The position numbers and the translations under genes were made by a program. Of a DNA stretch of 19,091 bases, positions 15,859-19,091 are shown piece by piece. Under the pieces are notes generated by a model that was given only the letters and a program-made list of their open reading frames with translations, was not told the DNA's origin and did no database searches. The stretch covers positions 1 through 19,091 of the forward strand of contig JAEDGJ010000032.1 in the NCBI GenBank assembly GCA_016297585.1, in the 5' to 3' direction. Position 1 is the stretch's first letter. Each line of letters opens with the position of its first letter. The DNA is from Clostridiaceae bacterium (GTDB taxonomy: Bacteria > Bacillota > Clostridia > Oscillospirales > QAMX01).

Positions 15859-15924
15859 CAGCGCAATCCTTTGAAAGGGACTGCGCTTCATTGTGCCGTA
15901 AGACAATAGATTTCGAGGTTTATC

Positions 15925-16731
15925 GTGAAAGTTATCAGAGAAATTTTAAAAGATCACTATAAGTACAGAAAACAGATCTTTAAACTGGCAAAGGCCGACC
16001 TGATCAAGACCTATAAGGGCGCTGCCCTGGGCTGGGCCTGGGCCGTGATCCGCCCTGCCATCACCATCGCTACTTACTACTTCGCCTTCTCCATCGGCCT
16101 GCGTGTGAGCAGGCCGGTAGGCGAGTACTCCTACTTCCTGTGGCTGCTGGCCGGTATTACGCCCTGGTTCTATTTCTCCGCGGTATTTACCGCCGGCGCC
16201 GGCTCCATCCGCAAGTACAGCTATCTGGTCACGAAGATCCGCTATCCGGTCTCCACCATCCCCACGATCATCAACCTCTCGCAGATGGTCACGCATTTTG
16301 CCGTACTGCTGATCGTCATGCTGCTCTTCATCTTTAACGGTCATGCGCCGGATATCTACTGGCTGCAGCTTCCGCTGTATATCCTCATGCTGTTCCTGTT
16401 CTCCACGGCGTGGTCCCTGTTCGCGGGCATGATCTCCGTGCTGAGCAAGGACTTTATGCATCTGGTGCAGTCGTCAACGATGGTGCTGTTCTGGATGTCC
16501 GGCATCCTGTATGACGCAGGAGCGATCAAAAGTGTTTTCTTTAAAAGAATCCTCCATATCAATCCGATCACCATTATCGTGAACGGCTACAGAAATGCGT
16601 TTATCAACAAAGTGTGGTTCTGGGAACGCGCCCGCGAATTTCGTAATTTCGGCATTGTATTTTTCGTGATGGTCCTGCTGGCGCTGTGGGCATATAAGAA
16701 GCTGGTTAAGGAAATCCCGGACGTACTCTAA
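15925..16731 (+). CDS. tagG: ABC-2 type polymer-export permease (TagG/Wzm-like).
   Basis: GTG at 15925, 6 nt after gagg. 268 aa, six predicted TM helices and the ABC-2 pattern LAKADLIKTYKGAALGWAWAVIRP. It is immediately followed by the tagH-like ATPase. Stop TAA at 16729-16731. Confidence 0.78.
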   Translation: MKVIREILKDHYKYRKQIFKLAKADLIKTYKGAALGWAWAVIRPAITIATYYFAFSIGLRVSRPVGEYSYFLWLLAGITPWFYFSAVFTAGAGSIRKYSYLVTKIRYPVSTIPTIINLSQMVTHFAVLLIVMLLFIFNGHAPDIYWLQLPLYILMLFLFSTAWSLFAGMISVLSKDFMHLVQSSTMVLFWMSGILYDAGAIKSVFFKRILHINPITIIVNGYRNAFINKVWFWERAREFRNFGIVFFVMVLLALWAYKKLVKEIPDVL

Positions 16732-16742
16732 GGAGAGCAGCC

Positions 16743-17486
16743 ATGATGACACAGAGCAATGATATTGCCATTCAATTAAAAAATGTAACGAAGGTCTACC
16801 GCCTGTGCAAAAGTGAAAAGGCCCGTCTGCGCACCTTTTTGCGCAAGAACACATCGGTGGAGCTGAAACACGCCATCAACGATGTATCGCTGACCATCCG
16901 GCGCGGTGAAGCGGTGGCGCTGTTCGGACGCAACGGCGCCGGTAAATCCACCATTTTGAAGATGATTACCGGCGTGGCCTTCCCCACCACAGGCCGGATC
17001 CGTGTCAACGGCCGCGTCAGCGCTCTGCTGGAGCTGGGCGCCGGTTTCGACTCGGAGCTGACCGGACGGGAGAATATCTATTTCCGCGGTGAGGTGCAGG
17101 GCATCAAAACCGAGGAGATCAAGCGGATCGAGGGCGACATCATCAAATTTGCGGACCTGGGCAGCTATATCGACCAGCCCATCCGCACCTATTCCAGCGG
17201 TATGAAGGCCCGTCTGGGCTTTGCCATCAACGCCAATATCCGACCCGACATTCTGATAGTGGACGAGGCGCTGAGCGTGGGCGACCAGCGGTTCCGCGCC
17301 AAGTGCCGGGCCAAGGTGAACGAGATCATGGAGAGCGGCGTGACCTTTTTGTTCGTGACCCATTCGGTCAATGAGGCCAAGGCATTCTGCAAGCGCGGCA
17401 TCGTGCTGCGCCACGGCAAAGTCGTCTTTGACGGCGGCGTGAACGAGGCGGCTGCCTACTATGAGGATATGATTAAGCAAATCTAA
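16743..17486 (+). CDS. tagH: Teichoic-acid/polysaccharide export ATP-binding protein (TagH/Wzt-like, short form).
   Basis: ATG at 16743, 7 nt after aggagag. Walker A GRNGAGKST, YSSGMKARLGF, PDILIVDEALSVGDQ, H-loop VTHS. It is collinear with B. subtilis TagH (YSSGMRAKLGF, PDILVIDEALSVGDQ). Confidence 0.88.
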   Translation: MMTQSNDIAIQLKNVTKVYRLCKSEKARLRTFLRKNTSVELKHAINDVSLTIRRGEAVALFGRNGAGKSTILKMITGVAFPTTGRIRVNGRVSALLELGAGFDSELTGRENIYFRGEVQGIKTEEIKRIEGDIIKFADLGSYIDQPIRTYSSGMKARLGFAINANIRPDILIVDEALSVGDQRFRAKCRAKVNEIMESGVTFLFVTHSVNEAKAFCKRGIVLRHGKVVFDGGVNEAAAYYEDMIKQI

Positions 17487-17516
17487 AGCTAAAAAAACAT
17501 ATGGCGGTGTAAAAAA

Positions 17517-18623
17517 GTGCACATATTGATTTCTGTTGCCGCATGGCTCGCCGAGGGCCTGTATTGGCTGATGAAGCGGTTTCCCGTAAAACATCAGGTC
17601 TGCTTTTTCAGCAGACAGTCCAACACGGTCACGGTGGATTTCCGGCGCATCGAGGACGAATTGAAAAGAAGAGATCCGACGGTGAAAACCGTCATGATCT
17701 GCTATCAGTTTCGCGGTCTCCGTGACGGCGTGCTTCGCTTCGCCTGGGCGCAGCTGCGCAGTATGTACTACATGGCCACCTCCCGCGTATGTATCATAGA
17801 TGCTTACTGGCCGACAGTTTCTCTTTTGCACCATAAGGAGGAATTGACGGTCATTCAAATTTGGCATTCCATCGGAAAGATCAAGCAGTCCGGCTATCAG
17901 ACGCTGGACCGGACCTCGGGCCGCAGCGCCGAGCTGGCCCGCGCCGTGCGGATGCACCGCAATTACGACTATGTCATCGCCGGCGGACCGGCCTGGAACC
18001 CGTACTATTGCGCCTCGTTCGACATTGGCGAGGAGAAGCTGCGCAACTACGGCCTGCCCCGTCTGGACGAGGTGCTGGAGGGCAGCGAGGGAGCCGCGCA
18101 ACTGCTGGAGCAGTATCCGGAGCTGCAGGGAAAAACCATCGTGCTCTACGGCCCCACCTACCGCAAGCAGGTGCTGCCGCCGCCCTATGAGCTGACGGCG
18201 CTGTTTGACCCGGAGAAATATGCCGTGATCTGCCGCTTTCATCCCAACCAGCGGTTTACCTGTGAGCTTGACGAACAGATGCAGCGCTACAGTCAGGGCG
18301 AGACCTTTGACTTTCTGCAGATCTGTGACTACTTTATCACGGACTATTCCTCCCTGGCGCTGGAGGCGGCGGCGCTGCGGAAAAAGACACTGTACTACCT
18401 GTTTGACTATGAACAGTATAAAGAAGAGAACGGCTTGAACATCGACCTGCCGGAGATCATGCCCCGCGTTACCTTCCGCAAGCCGGAAGAAATCTATGGG
18501 ATGATCGAGGGAAATTCCTACCCCATGGAGGAGCTGGAGTGGTACCGCAGGCAGTTCCTGCCGGAGGAGCTGGGAAAATCCACCGCGAAAGTCGTTGATT
18601 TGATTGAGGAGAATTTGAACTGA
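17517..18623 (+). CDS. CDP-glycerol glycerophosphotransferase family protein (TagB/TagF-like).
   Basis: 368 aa with the family motifs IQIWHSIGKIK (the TagF QLWHG-x-G-x-K motif) and ITDYSSLALEAA. Assigned start is GTG at 17517 with a weak RBS, ggcggtg; the start is uncertain. Stop TGA at 18621-18623. Confidence 0.78.
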   Translation: MHILISVAAWLAEGLYWLMKRFPVKHQVCFFSRQSNTVTVDFRRIEDELKRRDPTVKTVMICYQFRGLRDGVLRFAWAQLRSMYYMATSRVCIIDAYWPTVSLLHHKEELTVIQIWHSIGKIKQSGYQTLDRTSGRSAELARAVRMHRNYDYVIAGGPAWNPYYCASFDIGEEKLRNYGLPRLDEVLEGSEGAAQLLEQYPELQGKTIVLYGPTYRKQVLPPPYELTALFDPEKYAVICRFHPNQRFTCELDEQMQRYSQGETFDFLQICDYFITDYSSLALEAAALRKKTLYYLFDYEQYKEENGLNIDLPEIMPRVTFRKPEEIYGMIEGNSYPMEELEWYRRQFLPEELGKSTAKVVDLIEENLN

Positions 18624-18624
18624 C

Positions 18625-19091
18625 ATGAGATATGTGATTATGGCAGACGGGAAGATGTCCCGTTGGGAAAAGTCATACGAAGTCCCCAAGCATCTGCTGC
18701 CCATTGACAACGAAATCCTGCTGGGCCGCACCGTGCGCCAAATCAGAGAGAATGACCCGGCGGCGGAGGTGATTATTACCTCTCACGACCCGCGCTACGG
18801 CCATTACGGCGCGGTGCGCTATGAGCCGAAAAACAATGTCTACGAGATCGACCGCTTCACCGAGGAGCTGATCGTGGACGATGTGTGTTTTATGTACGGC
18901 GATACCTACTATACAGACGGGGCCGTGGCGCAGATCTGCCGGATCAAAACGGATTCCATGTATTTTGTGGGCACCTCCCGTTCCATCGTGGCGGTGATCG
19001 CCCATGACGGTGAGCTGATGCGCCGCCATGTGCATAGGGTCCGTGAGATGCACATTGCGGGGCAGTTGAAGGACTGCCGCGGATGGCAGTT
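18625..19091 (+). CDS. Nucleotidyltransferase-fold protein (LicC/IspD-like sugar- or alcohol-phosphate cytidylyltransferase candidate). The 3' end is truncated by the window edge.
   Basis: ATG at 18625 directly follows the upstream TGA, in a translationally coupled arrangement tgacATG. The N-terminus MRYVIMADGKMSRWEKSYEVPKHLLPIDNEILLGRT fits the G-x-G-x-R...PK-x-L NTP-transferase loop. The frame stays open to the end of the window. It is not in the ORF track because it runs off the edge. Confidence 0.55.
   Translation, partial: MRYVIMADGKMSRWEKSYEVPKHLLPIDNEILLGRTVRQIRENDPAAEVIITSHDPRYGHYGAVRYEPKNNVYEIDRFTEELIVDDVCFMYGDTYYTDGAVAQICRIKTDSMYFVGTSRSIVAVIAHDGELMRRHVHRVREMHIAGQLKDCRGWQ

Noticed and set aside
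16776-18731. 651-aa minus-strand ORF across tagH and the TagF-like gene. The 126-aa ORF at 18673-19053 is a similar case.
   Set aside because: Both are antisense to genes with strong family motifs, and neither shows a domain signature.

Overview
This 19.1-kb window comes from a high-GC, endospore-forming Firmicute-like genome; the first ~14.5 kb is roughly 62-75% GC in sampled stretches. The evidence for that assignment is a clostridial-type alpha/beta SASP gene, a FloT flotillin and a lipobox lipoprotein. I infer Clostridia, perhaps Oscillospiraceae-like, but that is inference only.

Gene order:
- proS on the minus strand, 5' part only, running off the left edge.
- Back-to-back promoters.
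- A four-gene plus-strand operon for a Type VII (MacB/FtsX-type) ABC exporter. It encodes a lipoprotein membrane-fusion (HlyD-like) adaptor, a 941-aa permease with two FtsX modules and two large extracytoplasmic domains, and two different ATPases. The second ATPase carries a C-terminal AbrB/SpoVT-like swapped-hairpin domain plus an acidic, proline-rich tail.
- mgtE behind a 215-nt leader.
- A maa-like hexapeptide acetyltransferase.
- A bidirectional terminator.
- A minus-strand operon of thiamine pyrophosphokinase followed by a GH20 beta-hexosaminidase.
- Strong divergent promoters.
- floT.
- A terminator.
- A SASP gene on the minus strand.
- A ~350-bp AT-rich junction.
- A lower-GC (~48-55%) teichoic-acid-like glycopolymer cluster: a small phosphoglycosyl transferase, tagG, tagH, a TagB/TagF-family glycerophosphotransferase and a partial nucleotidyltransferase running off the right edge.

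I recognised no rRNA, tRNA, CRISPR array or mobile-element gene. Most long minus/plus ORFs in the supplied track that overlap these genes are antisense artefacts of high-GC coding sequence. The two edge-truncated genes (proS and the final nucleotidyltransferase) are absent from the track and were found by reading the sequence directly.
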